Positions 11,074 to 21,882 are shown, numbered from the whole stretch's first letter. The stretch is DNA of 61,649 nucleotides, filler included, from Stramenopiles sp. TOSAG23-3 (GCA_900128585.1; 6 parts of 6 records of this genome joined end to end with filler, not necessarily neighbours in it); one strand, 5' to 3'. Notes: a model not told the origin generated them from the sequence alone. Numbers and translations are program-made.

Positions 11074-11211
11074 ATACAAAGAAAGACCATGTAAATACAA
11101 AGAAAGACAAAATATCAATTTAATGTTTGTTCATTTTTTATGTTCTTGCTCCTGTGCGTCGCACGACAGAGCAATGCTCAAGATGATAGCCACAAAATGA
11201 CGGTCGCGGAA

Positions 11212-11480
11212 ATGGTAAAAGACATAAATTCAGGAAGTTCTAATAGTTCTCCGAGTTCTGTGACGCCCCTCAATGGGGAACTGTATTTCAAGCCCCAGTG
11301 ATGGAACCAAAGGAACTGAGTTATGGAAAACAGATGGAACTGAAGCTGGAACGGTTATGGTGAAAGACATCAATTTAGGAAGTTCTAATGGTTCTCCGAG
11401 TTCTTTAACGCCCTTCAATGGGACACAGTATTTCAGCGCCAGTGATGGAATGAACGGAAAGGAGTTATGGAAAACGGATA
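11212..11480 (+). pseudogene. Frameshifted fragment of an ELWxxDGT-repeat protein (about 2 repeats)
   Basis: Two tandem units start at 11212 and 11357 (period 145 = 48 codons + 1). They encode MVKDIN.GSSN.SPSS.TP.NG..YFSASDG..G.ELWKTDGT. Unit 1 has an extra A (TTCAAGCCCCAGTGA vs TTCAGCGCCAGTGAT) that produces a TGA. Confidence 0.85.
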
Positions 11481-11649
11481 ATATATTACATTATTATTCC
11501 TCCTCCTCTGTGATTGCATGCTGTTGAAGTTGTTAATTTAAATTATCATCTCATCATCCTCGTGGGACGGACTAAGAAGCAATCCATCGATCATCTTCTC
11601 AGGCCACCCGCATAAAAAGTACATCGGTTTATTATTATATTAATATATA

Positions 11650-12260
11650 GGTTCCGTTTTGGACTCAGATTCCGAGCTGTCCGGGTACGAGCGTTGGGGG
11701 TGCCGGGTGAGGGGGACGGTGTCGGCTACTTCGGCGGCGTAGTCCATTGGCAGGGCTGTTGGGGCTAAAGATGAAGATTAGGATCCCTGATGCTATGGAC
11801 TTGGTGACCACGTTAAGTATGTTCCGCTGGAAGATTCGCATCCAACAGTCCGCCCACCTCTGGCGTGCTGCTAGGTAGCTGAAGCTACCGCCGGTGGTCG
11901 GGGTTGGAAACTTTATTGCCGCAATGCGGTCGAAGAGCGCTTGGGCCCCCTATTAGAAGGCTCCACTGAAGTTACTTTGGGTGCGCCATCACGGGCAGGG
12001 TTCGTGTGGCGCAGGATTTGGAGCGCTTCCTCGTTGTCCTCGCTTCGTTGGAATGCGTTCCAGGCTTGCGCGTATTTTAGTCCTTTTGATCGTTCGTTGG
12101 TCTGTAGTTGGATGTACTTTCCCTGACAGAAATGAACGTCCCAGTGCTCGGCGTGGAGGTCCTGGTCGCGGCATGTACTGAGGGGGGTGATGAAACCAAG
12201 CTGTTCGGGTTTTGGTTGACATTGGGGCGCTGTTGTTGATCGGGAACTGGTCGCTGAGTA
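11650..12260 (-). pseudogene. GC-rich coding-like remnant, unidentified
   Basis: GC-rich island between AT-rich flanks. It carries a 121-codon minus-strand ORF (11913-12278), and continuing that frame gives several stops. Confidence 0.3.
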
Positions 12261-12345
12261 ATTAAAGTTTATCTTCATTTAAATATTTTATAATAATAGC
12301 TATATGCTTAGGCTGTGTACTAAGAATACTCAAGAGCACACATTG

Positions 12346-12894
12346 ATTAAAAACAAAAAACTGGCTGATATTTAAAGTACTTGTGGTTAAAAACAAAACA
12401 TAAGGCGGGCGGGAGCATTGCCAGCAGGATGAAACTCCGACGGGCACGCGGACGGGAACAGTATTCATAAACGCCGATTACGAACACCGACTCAAACGAC
12501 CCAACCCTATCATACCTCCACTCACAAATGACAATCCCTTGATTGGTTCACAAGACAGACAACGAGCATCTTTAAAACAATTACGCCGTTGCTTGGAGAC
12601 CAACACAAGGAATGAGTCATCTATGAGTGAGACATCGGATGAGGAAGTTGATTTTGGGTCTCCTGACATCGGCGCGATTCAATATACTGATTCGGATCAT
12701 GCATGGAAATGATAGTCAGGACTAAGTGACAACGGTATATTGATTACTAAAATCACAATTGTACAGATCATTTCGCAGTACCTGTACATGAAGGAATGTA
12801 AACCCCTAATGGGCAAATGTTGATTAGATTCATTTTCGCGGTATATGAGAAACGCAAATTCTAATTACTTAACAGCCAATTTTCTTGTTTTTAA
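12346..12894. mobile_element. Copy of a dispersed repeat family with inverted conserved ends
   Basis: 12346-12379 (ATTAAAAACAAAAAACTGGCTGATATTTAAAGTA) is a near reverse complement of the end motif at 12866-12894 (TACTTAACAGCCAATTTTCTTGTTTTTAA). The body 12600-12850 is homologous to 50907-51270 and, on the minus strand, to 47090-47159. Confidence 0.7.
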
Positions 12895-13076
12895 ATTATG
12901 CTGTTTATTTTAGCAACTGAAGTTAGCCTAAAGTTATCATATACTGAAATTTCATTCACCCTTCCTTGCAATTTAGTTTGTGGTTCTGATTTTCAGTTTT
13001 ACTTCCTTCGTGTAAACACAGAAGAATTAAATTTAATGCTGTGTTATATAATGTGATTCTGAGCCCCTCCTCAAAA

Positions 13077-16000
13077 TTAATTCCCTGTTTCTGTTATTTC
13101 AACTTTCCACTGTATTATCGATCTATCCTTGGCACCAATAGTGATCAAGAAATTATCATGAGAATTGAAAGACGCTTCTGCGCAGTTGGAAGTATGGCCG
13201 TATACATTAACAAAATTTGCACCTTTTTGTAATACTGGGTAACGAAAGAGTTTTACAATCCCGCTTTCATCAGCTGTACAAACTAATTTTTTACTCTTGC
13301 TCCGGTCCGCTGAGAGAATTTCGACCCCGTCAACATACTCGGGCCATATTGCTTGAACATACCAACCTAATGTACACGTTTGGGTATGCCAGTCCACATC
13401 TTTGCAAATCGATGGGCTATGGACATGCTCCCCATCAATCGCATTGAAAAAATGGAGTTCATAGCCACCACAATTGCTTTGAATGTAATTCGAGTCTTCG
13501 GAAAAATCAAAGTGGGTTATGAAGCTATGATGTTTTTCACATTTAGCTTTCAAGGAAAAATCTCTTTGAACGTCATACACATATATTTTATTATCATTTG
13601 ATCCTATGGCAAACGATTTCCCGTCTGGGGAAAATTTTACATCAGAAATCCACTCCCGGGAATCTCGTGCTTGATGAATGATCGACATTGAATCAGTAGA
13701 AACTACTACCATTGCTCCGTCTTTTTTTTGGCGTCCTCGTCCTACATTACCCCCCATTCCGGCTCCAATCATTGATCCATCCGGGGACCAGTCGATTGCG
13801 CGTACCATTGTATCAACAAGCACTTTCTTCACCATCTTTCTAAGCGCTGTATTCCATACACGAATTGTGTGGTCGTCCCCCGCTGTGGCAAATAACTCTG
13901 GGATGGTAGGATGAGTGCTCAAGCCCCATAGTTCATCGCGATAATGGCCTTCCACCAATATTGAAACTCGCCCAGACTGGTAGCATACTTCGAATATTTC
14001 GCTGCTTGCCGTGCCAATGATAACTACTGCTCTTTCGACATCGTAATCGCATGCCCGAACTGACATTAAATATGGTTTCGGGGAAAAATCATCGACGGCA
14101 AATGCTTTAAGCGGGTTACAAAATTGATCCCATATTTTAACTCCTCCTTCTTTTCCACCACTAATATATCCTATTTTAATTGATCTCAACACGTTCACTG
14201 ACGAGTCATGGGCTTTCACAGCCCGGCTTAAACGATTATCTTCCCACATGTATAAATGCCCACTGACCGTTCCAGTCACAACCTTTCGGCCATTTGTTGC
14301 CCCACAAAGCAATGGTTGTTCTTTACCCTTTCTTCCAAATAGCCCGTTACTGCATTCAAAGCTTTTCCCATTAACTTGCCAAAATAATATCTGATTTCTC
14401 CCTCCTGTGACTAAATGAAACTCGCCGGCAGACACAAAGGTTGCAAACAGAGTCTTGTACCGAGAACCTTTCGACGATGCTTGAAGATAACCATCTATCC
14501 ATGTTCCTGACAAGCTGGTGTACAGCGCATGAGTATGGTTGTCATCATGACCGACTGAAATAAGTTGCTTTCCATCAGCGGAAAATGACAGAAGTCCGAC
14601 GGCACGGCGATGATACTCTGGAAGAATACTAACGGGATTCCCATTCAATGCATTCCAAATATGAATCAATGGGCGCTTACTTTCATCACCTGTCGCCACA
14701 TATTGTCCACACGGAGATATTGCCAAACATATTATGTCTCCACCTTCGTGACCAGAATAAAATAATTGTCTGTGGTCTCCTTTGTCGTAAATAATTCCCG
14801 TTTTGCCTGAGTGATAGACTATGGCCCCACAGGCATTGTAAAATAAATTGTTGCGAACATCTTGACTGCGATAACCATAAATAAAATCCATTGTGACGCT
14901 CACTTCCGGTTTAGCTGGGGTTGCAATTGGTGGCACGGTCGGCGGTATTGAAGATCCTACCCATGGTTTGATGGCCATGAAGTCTTCCGTGTCGCTGTCT
15001 AAATCTTCAAAAAAACCTTCTCTATCAATATCACTATCTTCTCCACTATCTTCCGCACGCAATGCACTGTCAAGTTCAAAGGGGACAACTTTCCATTGCA
15101 TTATTGCCCTATCATTACGACCTATACTAACAATATAGTCATCTTCGGGGGCGAAACGAACCTTGCTAATATTGTTACCGTGGCCATAGTAAAGTTTGTT
15201 GCCGGCACTTGGGTCTAATGCGGGGTAACGCCATAACCGCAGACGTCCATAATTATCTCCGGTGACTAATAGATTTCCAAATTTGGACCTGTCGCATGTT
15301 CTTACATCTGTGCCATCACTGTAAGTTGGCCATGTGCCCTGCACTGGCCATCCAATTGGAAGTGTCCAAGTGTCCCACCGCACATCTTTTAGAGTCGATA
15401 TAGCTGCAATCGCTGCACCATCTTCTGCGTCAGAACACAGATACTCGAAAGCCCCACAGCATGACTGCAGGTATGCGCTATCTGCAGAAAAGTCAATTTG
15501 ATGAACAAAACTATTATGCTTGTCCATTACAGCCTTTAGTTCAAACGCAGAAGGGACATCATAAAGATAAATTTTATTGTCCCTAGATGCTATAGCTACT
15601 GTGTTCTGATCTGGTGAAAATTTGATGTCGCTAATCCATTGCTTTGCATCCCGGGATTCATGGGCTACTGAAAGGTCATCCTCATTAATTACAAGGAATG
15701 CCCCGTCTTTTTTTTGTCTCCCCTTTCCAACTCTGCCACCAAGACCAACGATTATCTTTGACCCGGAAGGATCATAACAGCATGAACGCGCCATTGTATC
15801 CAGTTTTGACTGTCGAAGAACCTGTCTATGTTTTAGAGACCATATTCTAAGAGTCTGATCGTCCCCAACGGTAGCAAATTCTTTCCTTTGAGGGTGCATC
15901 GACAACCCCCATAATTCAAAGGCATAATGGCCCTGCAAGACCGGGCCTCTATTAAGATCATTTCCATTTGCCGCATTCACTTCATATATTTCTGACCCTC

Positions 16001-19000
16001 GGGTGCCGATTAATATACGATTGTCCACTGGATCCCAACAAACACTTCTTACGCTGGGTTGTAAACTGCCTAGGGAGCTCACTTTAATTTCGATCTTTAT
16101 TTCTAGACTGGTATTCCACAACTTAACAAACCCATCTTTGCCCCCGCTTACAACGCCTTCACTACAAAAATTCAAGGCATTGACCGAGCCGGTGTGCGCG
16201 GGCACAGTTTGTATAAGCCTGCGACCTTCGAAAACGTACAGCTTCCCATTTTCAGTACCGACCACTGGGCGATTTCCGACCCAAGCGATACATAGCATTG
16301 TTTGGTTTTTTCCTTTCTTTCCTAAAAGCCCGTTTTGTGACACTGTGTTCCTACCTTGAATACTATGAAACTTAATATGTTTAATTCCAGCTTGAATAAC
16401 GCCGTATCCGTTAGGTGTGATTTGGGCAGCCAGAATTTTTTGCAGACCACCTGGAAAGCATGACGTCATGATTCCAAACTTCCAATTGTAAATAGATATG
16501 GAATGGAAATCGTCTAAACCAGCTGCCAAAAGTTGCTCCCCATCTCGCGAAAAGTGGAGTACATTTACCCCTCGACGATGATGCCCTTTTAACAACGATA
16601 TCGTCTGCAAGGTAACAACATCCCAAATAATTATTCTTGGAATTTTTCCAATGTCAGCAGTAGCTACTAAGTTTTTTTCTGTATTAATAGTGATCGCAAT
16701 TATATCACTTGTGTGCTGGGACATGAACTTTTGAAATCCCCCACCCTCTTTATTCATGACGATAGCTAGTCGACCAGTGTGTGTTACAATACTATTTGAA
16801 ATTGCATACATAACATTATTTCTACAATCATGAGAACGATACCCATGAACCCATTCTAGTTCTAATTGTTCTTTTGGTGCGTCAGTATTTTGGGCCGGGG
16901 GGTTTGTCGGTGCCACTATACTACCTCGCCAAGGCTTTACGGGTTTAAAGTTGTCGGCTTTTTCCTCAGCAATTGCTTTTTCCTCCATGTCAAATATAAT
17001 CTTCATCTCCTCGTTGTTGACAACATTATTAATTTGGGGTTGATCCCATATATCACCATCTTTCTGATCATCTTCATCTTCGCTATCTAAATCTCGATTG
17101 TAGTCATCGGCTAAATCATCGACGTCATCCATGACATGTTTCCACTGAAAAATACACCTGTCGATACTGATGGACACAAGATATTGATCCCCGGGCGAAA
17201 ATTTTAAATTAGACAGCGATTCTGAATGACCGTAGTACGTTTTACGAGCTGCTCCTACTTCTTTCACAGGAAAGCGCCACAGTTGAAGTCTGCCATAATT
17301 ATCACCCGTTGCCAAAAGACTGCTGTCCTCGGAACGAGTAACTGATGTAAAATCAACGTAATCATTATATTTTGGCCAAATACCTTGCACATACCAACCC
17401 AGTGGACATGTCCACGTTGCCCATTCCACATCTTTTAGGGATCCGGCAGCTTTGTGTTGCTCTCCTGTGTACGCATTCCAGTACAAAAGTTCATGTTGGT
17501 TGCATGTACTTTGTATCCACTGATCATCTACAGAGAAATCGACATGTTTAACTCCACCGCTATGCCCCTTGCATCGACCTTTCGAAGTAAAATCTTCAAC
17601 ATTATACAGGTAAATCGAGGAGTCCATAGTAGCAATAGCTAAAGTTTTGCCATCTTGACTAAATCGCAGTTGAGAAATGGGTTCTTTTGAATCCCTTGCT
17701 TCGTGGACTATAGTTAGATCTGTGGCTTCAAGGACGACAAATGCACCCATTTTTTTTTGGCGAGCTACACCTGGAATTCTCGCACCCAACCCAACCACAA
17801 TTACTTGCCCATCAGGAGAGTAAGAACAGCATCTGGCCATCGTATCAAGCATAACCATTTTGAGAAGAGTTTTTGTCTTTATGTCCCAAAGGCGTACACT
17901 ATGATCATCACCTACTGTGCAAAATTCGGGTTTGGTGGGGTTCATTGCGAGGCCCCACAATTCATGTTTACAATGACCTTGGATAATTGGCCCCGAGTGA
18001 AAATTTGAGCCGTCCCCCGCAGATACCTCATATATTTCGCTGCCCATTGTCCCTACTAGTAGACGAGTGCCATCAGCACTCCATGATAAACTGCGGATCC
18101 GTGGATTAAAACTTCCCAACCCACCTACATCAAATACAGCCCCAGGCTCGATTGAAGGCAGGGCCCACAGCCTAACACGACCATCACGCCCCCCACTGAG
18201 TAGACCATGTTTGCACACCAGAAGAACGTTTATACTTTTATCATGGGCCTTTATAGTTTTTGCACAATTGCGTCCATCCCACACGTAAATGTGACCAGTC
18301 ATGGTACCGGATAAAACCCGACCATCGATTAGTGAAGCAAGACTAATGTGGTTTTGTTTTTTTCCAATCTTACCTAGTATACCTTCGTGCCGTTTTCTTG
18401 ACGCCTTTTTCCCTCCCCAAAAGGTTACGTGTGATATTCCGCAGGTGACAAAATCGTTATCGTTTCGAAAGTAACAACAAAGGACTTTTGACTTCACTGT
18501 CTTTGCAGAGTATATCGGGGTATTGCTCCTCCAATCGTAAACAGCAAGACTATGCCAAATGTCCTGGCCAATACTAAGTAGACGTGTTCCATTCGGCGAA
18601 AAAGCCATAGAAGTAACGGCGCGCTGGTGAAATCCTCTCAACCCATTTAGAATCTCGCATGTACCGACGTCCCATATTATAATCCGCGGTAGCTTGCCAA
18701 TTTCCGCACTGGCGCATATTTTGCCGCTGGGGTGAAGGGTCAATTCACACACAGGACCAGTATGGAGCATCATGTACCGCTGATCATGCCGTTCAGGGTT
18801 ACACACTACGCACACTGTTCCCGCACTATACACAAAATCTCCCAATACCGTATATTGTACCGTGTTTTGAGTGTCGTGGGCACGATATCCATGTATCCAC
18901 TCTAGCTGCAATGAGCTTTCATCGGGAAGGCTGCTATCAGTGCTGGGTGGGTTTGTAGGTGTTGTATGTTCAAGAACCCCATGCCAAGGTTTTAAGGGCG

Positions 19001-19739
19001 TAAAGTTCTTTTCACCACCGTCTTGCAAAGCAGTAAAAAAATTAGCCTGGTCTTCTTCAAAAACCGCCGCTGCTTTGCAGTCGGGGACATCTGGAATAGC
19101 GATAGCTTCAATATCGGAATCCATTTGGAATTTTAATTCATCACAAATATCAATAGCATCATCAAAATGAAGTAACCATGACTGTATTTCTGGGGTACGG
19201 CCACAAAAGTCCGTAAAATCTTCTCGTGTAAGGCAGTTGTCTTTGCTTTTATTCAAATACGCGAACGCTTCTTGAGATAGCAATTCCATTGACCTTTCGT
19301 CTGGCGGTGCAATTTGGCTTAATTTACATGCTCCTGTCATTGTGGACTTCAACAATAAAGTCATCTCGTCGATGGTCATTTCGCAACTTTCGTCGAAATC
19401 AAAAAGGTTAAATATATGCAGAATCTTTTCTGTTTTCGAGAGGCCAGAAACTAGGGTTAGGGCGGCAAGAGTTTCTAAAGCGTCGATCAGACCATTATTG
19501 TCAGTGTCCAAAACGCCTTCAAACAGCGTTTCGCAAAGTCTCTCTAATGCAGGTTTTCTGATATTCCCAAGAGGAGCTTGAAGAACTGAACAAATTTCTT
19601 TAAATTCTTCCATATTGATCCCGAACCCTTCGGCCACGTCATTGAAGCTTTCCCACAGGTCATATACAGCATTTCTTTGCAGGTTCACGAAAGGCAAAGC
19701 CCCTTCTTGAAAAAGCGCACGACCCAAGACTTGTCCCAT
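13077..19739 (-). CDS. EML5/EML6-like microtubule-associated WD40 protein (three HELP/TAPE units) with N-terminal EF-hands
   Basis: Three HELP motifs (LEWIHGYRAHD, LEWVHGYRSHDCRNN, MDFIYGYRSQDVRNN), three GH...ELWGL starts and many WD40 repeats. EF-hand loops DTDNNGLIDALE and DFDESCEMTIDE. Uninterrupted 2220-aa ORF. Confidence 0.93.
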   Translation of the reverse strand: MGQVLGRALFQEGALPFVNLQRNAVYDLWESFNDVAEGFGINMEEFKEICSVLQAPLGNIRKPALERLCETLFEGVLDTDNNGLIDALETLAALTLVSGLSKTEKILHIFNLFDFDESCEMTIDEMTLLLKSTMTGACKLSQIAPPDERSMELLSQEAFAYLNKSKDNCLTREDFTDFCGRTPEIQSWLLHFDDAIDICDELKFQMDSDIEAIAIPDVPDCKAAAVFEEDQANFFTALQDGGEKNFTPLKPWHGVLEHTTPTNPPSTDSSLPDESSLQLEWIHGYRAHDTQNTVQYTVLGDFVYSAGTVCVVCNPERHDQRYMMLHTGPVCELTLHPSGKICASAEIGKLPRIIIWDVGTCEILNGLRGFHQRAVTSMAFSPNGTRLLSIGQDIWHSLAVYDWRSNTPIYSAKTVKSKVLCCYFRNDNDFVTCGISHVTFWGGKKASRKRHEGILGKIGKKQNHISLASLIDGRVLSGTMTGHIYVWDGRNCAKTIKAHDKSINVLLVCKHGLLSGGRDGRVRLWALPSIEPGAVFDVGGLGSFNPRIRSLSWSADGTRLLVGTMGSEIYEVSAGDGSNFHSGPIIQGHCKHELWGLAMNPTKPEFCTVGDDHSVRLWDIKTKTLLKMVMLDTMARCCSYSPDGQVIVVGLGARIPGVARQKKMGAFVVLEATDLTIVHEARDSKEPISQLRFSQDGKTLAIATMDSSIYLYNVEDFTSKGRCKGHSGGVKHVDFSVDDQWIQSTCNQHELLYWNAYTGEQHKAAGSLKDVEWATWTCPLGWYVQGIWPKYNDYVDFTSVTRSEDSSLLATGDNYGRLQLWRFPVKEVGAARKTYYGHSESLSNLKFSPGDQYLVSISIDRCIFQWKHVMDDVDDLADDYNRDLDSEDEDDQKDGDIWDQPQINNVVNNEEMKIIFDMEEKAIAEEKADNFKPVKPWRGSIVAPTNPPAQNTDAPKEQLELEWVHGYRSHDCRNNVMYAISNSIVTHTGRLAIVMNKEGGGFQKFMSQHTSDIIAITINTEKNLVATADIGKIPRIIIWDVVTLQTISLLKGHHRRGVNVLHFSRDGEQLLAAGLDDFHSISIYNWKFGIMTSCFPGGLQKILAAQITPNGYGVIQAGIKHIKFHSIQGRNTVSQNGLLGKKGKNQTMLCIAWVGNRPVVGTENGKLYVFEGRRLIQTVPAHTGSVNALNFCSEGVVSGGKDGFVKLWNTSLEIKIEIKVSSLGSLQPSVRSVCWDPVDNRILIGTRGSEIYEVNAANGNDLNRGPVLQGHYAFELWGLSMHPQRKEFATVGDDQTLRIWSLKHRQVLRQSKLDTMARSCCYDPSGSKIIVGLGGRVGKGRQKKDGAFLVINEDDLSVAHESRDAKQWISDIKFSPDQNTVAIASRDNKIYLYDVPSAFELKAVMDKHNSFVHQIDFSADSAYLQSCCGAFEYLCSDAEDGAAIAAISTLKDVRWDTWTLPIGWPVQGTWPTYSDGTDVRTCDRSKFGNLLVTGDNYGRLRLWRYPALDPSAGNKLYYGHGNNISKVRFAPEDDYIVSIGRNDRAIMQWKVVPFELDSALRAEDSGEDSDIDREGFFEDLDSDTEDFMAIKPWVGSSIPPTVPPIATPAKPEVSVTMDFIYGYRSQDVRNNLFYNACGAIVYHSGKTGIIYDKGDHRQLFYSGHEGGDIICLAISPCGQYVATGDESKRPLIHIWNALNGNPVSILPEYHRRAVGLLSFSADGKQLISVGHDDNHTHALYTSLSGTWIDGYLQASSKGSRYKTLFATFVSAGEFHLVTGGRNQILFWQVNGKSFECSNGLFGRKGKEQPLLCGATNGRKVVTGTVSGHLYMWEDNRLSRAVKAHDSSVNVLRSIKIGYISGGKEGGVKIWDQFCNPLKAFAVDDFSPKPYLMSVRACDYDVERAVVIIGTASSEIFEVCYQSGRVSILVEGHYRDELWGLSTHPTIPELFATAGDDHTIRVWNTALRKMVKKVLVDTMVRAIDWSPDGSMIGAGMGGNVGRGRQKKDGAMVVVSTDSMSIIHQARDSREWISDVKFSPDGKSFAIGSNDNKIYVYDVQRDFSLKAKCEKHHSFITHFDFSEDSNYIQSNCGGYELHFFNAIDGEHVHSPSICKDVDWHTQTCTLGWYVQAIWPEYVDGVEILSADRSKSKKLVCTADESGIVKLFRYPVLQKGANFVNVYGHTSNCAEASFNSHDNFLITIGAKDRSIIQWKVEITETGN

Positions 19740-20514
19740 CTTTGCCGTGTGTTATAATTGGCGGATATTGCTGTTCTCTTACTGAAGACTGCGATCAGTT
19801 TTGATCACCGATTTGTACCGCTGTGATGAGAGTTTGAATCGTCGATGATAACACCAACTGGAACCGCACGGTTTTTCCAACTTGCGTAAAAAATCAACGG
19901 GTTGACATTAAGCAACATGACTCAAAAAGTGACAGCAAAAAAATCGCCGCAAACAGATATATTGGTACTTTACTGGAAAACATTACAATTAAACCACTTT
20001 CCCAGTGCTATTCGCCTATATGACAAGCGTGTGTTGAAGGGTTTGTTATTTGTGACAAAATATTTCTCCTTAAAATCTTTCATCGTTGCTGCCAGCCTGC
20101 AGCGGTCAACGGTTCTTCGAGTTCGTTAATTAAAATACAGCCTCCCCTCCCGTTCAGGCGAGAACCCCTGATCGTAGTGATTAATACTTTTACTTAACCT
20201 ATTTAAAACACTATTATCGGGCAATAGCATCAAATATAATTGTTATTAATAGGTGGAGCCCCCACCTAGAAATTCAAGAGAAGTAATTGGTAAAATTAAG
20301 TATGCCATTTTTTTGAGGAAATATGATAGGCAAAATACTACCGCTAACAAGTACATCCAAGAAAACGCAAATTTGTTGACGACTGCTCAGGACACGGGTG
20401 TAACTGCAAGTTACTCAAAACATTATTTATATGATATTTATTAATATTACTATTTCAAATTTCTTTAAAACGAATCAGAATCAAATACTTCCAACGGGGA
20501 CTTGTTCGCACAGT

Positions 20515-20614
20515 NNNNNNNNNNNNNNNNNNNNNNNNNNNNNNNNNNNNNNNNNNNNTTAATTAATTAANNNNNNNNNNNNNNNNNNNNNNNNNNNNNN
20601 NNNNNNNNNNNNNN
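20515..20614. other. Artificial contig linker
   Basis: N44-TTAATTAATTAA-N44. Confidence 0.98.
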
Positions 20615-20615
20615 G

Positions 20616-21620
20616 CGCAGCGCGCTGCGAAAGAACAAGCTGAAAGCCAACAAAAAGTCCTTTGAAGGTTCGAAACGAGGGTATGAGCCGACCAATGCGG
20701 AGGTTTACGAAAAAGGACATTTCAGTAAATATATTGCCGAGTCTGCACTGTACGACACGATGACAGAGAAAGACAAGAAAAAGATGAAGGGCAAGCTCTC
20801 TCACCAGGACTGGATGATTCAACAGAAGCTTCAGCAGAAAAAGAGGCAGGATGAAACGAACGTCCGTTTGAACATGGCGTGGCAGGCCATACGGACAAAC
20901 GAGCCCGCCATCGTGTCCATGGAAGACTTTGTCCTAGGGTACTTGGAGCACAAAGGGAAGGAATACAAGCAAGTGTCGCGGGGCAATGCCCTTACCGACA
21001 ATTTTCACAGCATAGAAATCGAGAATAAGAAATTAGAAAAGGAGATTCGTGACCAGGAACAACTCTTGGAGAGCCAGTCCACCAAAGACCAGGCCAGAAG
21101 CGAGCTTTTGAATAAGATCATGGGAAGCATTGCTGCCGAGGAACGCGCGGCCAAAGAGGAGGAACTGAGGTACACGAAACTCATAGAAAATGCCCTGCCT
21201 GCGATTCAGAGGCTTTTGGTCTGTGGGATTTTCAATGGAGACAAAAACGTAAAAGACAAAATAATTTTGTCCCAAACAATCGACTACGGCAATGTCTCGA
21301 AGGTGCTGGGCGTCATAGAGAGCAGAATATGTACGTTTGACATTGGCCGGAAAAATAACCTTCACATCAGTGACAAGAGAAACGTTTTCGTAGATACGAA
21401 AATTCCCTCTCCGCTGAAGATCGCTGTCCCTGGCAAACGGAGAAAGGGTCGTCGGGCAACAATCGTGCACCCGTCCAAGTTGCCATCTTTTGCCGAAGAT
21501 CAGATGCAAAATGGGTTGGGGAATGAGAGTGCAACCAAGTTCATTCATTATGGGAATAAGGTCCTTTCCACGGCAGATTTAAGGAAGGCAATAATGATGA
21601 CCGCAAAATCGGGTGATTAA
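20616..21620 (+). CDS. Coiled-coil protein, 5'-partial; possibly related to outer dynein arm docking complex subunits
   Basis: The frame is open from the contig start (RSALRKNKLKANKK...) through ATG 20760 to TAA 21620. Coiled coil followed by NVSKVLGVIESRI, loosely like the C-terminal motif of ODA-DC (CCDC63/114-type) proteins. The family call is tentative. Confidence 0.65.
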   Translation, partial: RSALRKNKLKANKKSFEGSKRGYEPTNAEVYEKGHFSKYIAESALYDTMTEKDKKKMKGKLSHQDWMIQQKLQQKKRQDETNVRLNMAWQAIRTNEPAIVSMEDFVLGYLEHKGKEYKQVSRGNALTDNFHSIEIENKKLEKEIRDQEQLLESQSTKDQARSELLNKIMGSIAAEERAAKEEELRYTKLIENALPAIQRLLVCGIFNGDKNVKDKIILSQTIDYGNVSKVLGVIESRICTFDIGRKNNLHISDKRNVFVDTKIPSPLKIAVPGKRRKGRRATIVHPSKLPSFAEDQMQNGLGNESATKFIHYGNKVLSTADLRKAIMMTAKSGD

Positions 21621-21816
21621 ACGAAAAACTTGCAAGCATGTCGGGCTTAATTTAAATTGCGTGGTCGGTGCATAACATTATTTTTATGAATTCGTTTTAA
21701 ACTTAAGTTTTTGTATTCCAAGATAAATTTTTCCAATTCTTAACGGCATATATTTTGCCGCAGACGATTTCAACTGGAGTACACAAGAGGAAGACGAGCG
21801 CGTTATTTACAACACG

Positions 21817-21852
21817 CACTTACTTATAAATAACAGCCAATTTTCTTGATTT
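21817..21852 (+). mobile_element. 36-bp terminal fragment of the dispersed repeat, flanked by a 14-bp direct repeat
   Basis: TTATTTACAACACG at 21803-21816 and 21853-21866 brackets CACTTACTTATAAATAACAGCCAATTTTCTTGATTT. Confidence 0.75.
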
Positions 21853-21882
21853 TTATTTACAACACGAGAAGCACGTGCAATC

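Noticed and set aside
12600-12850. Hammerhead ribozyme in the repeat body (expected if Penelope-like)
   Set aside because: The nearest word is CGGATGAG rather than the CTGANGA core, and no matching stems with GAAA were evident by eye.
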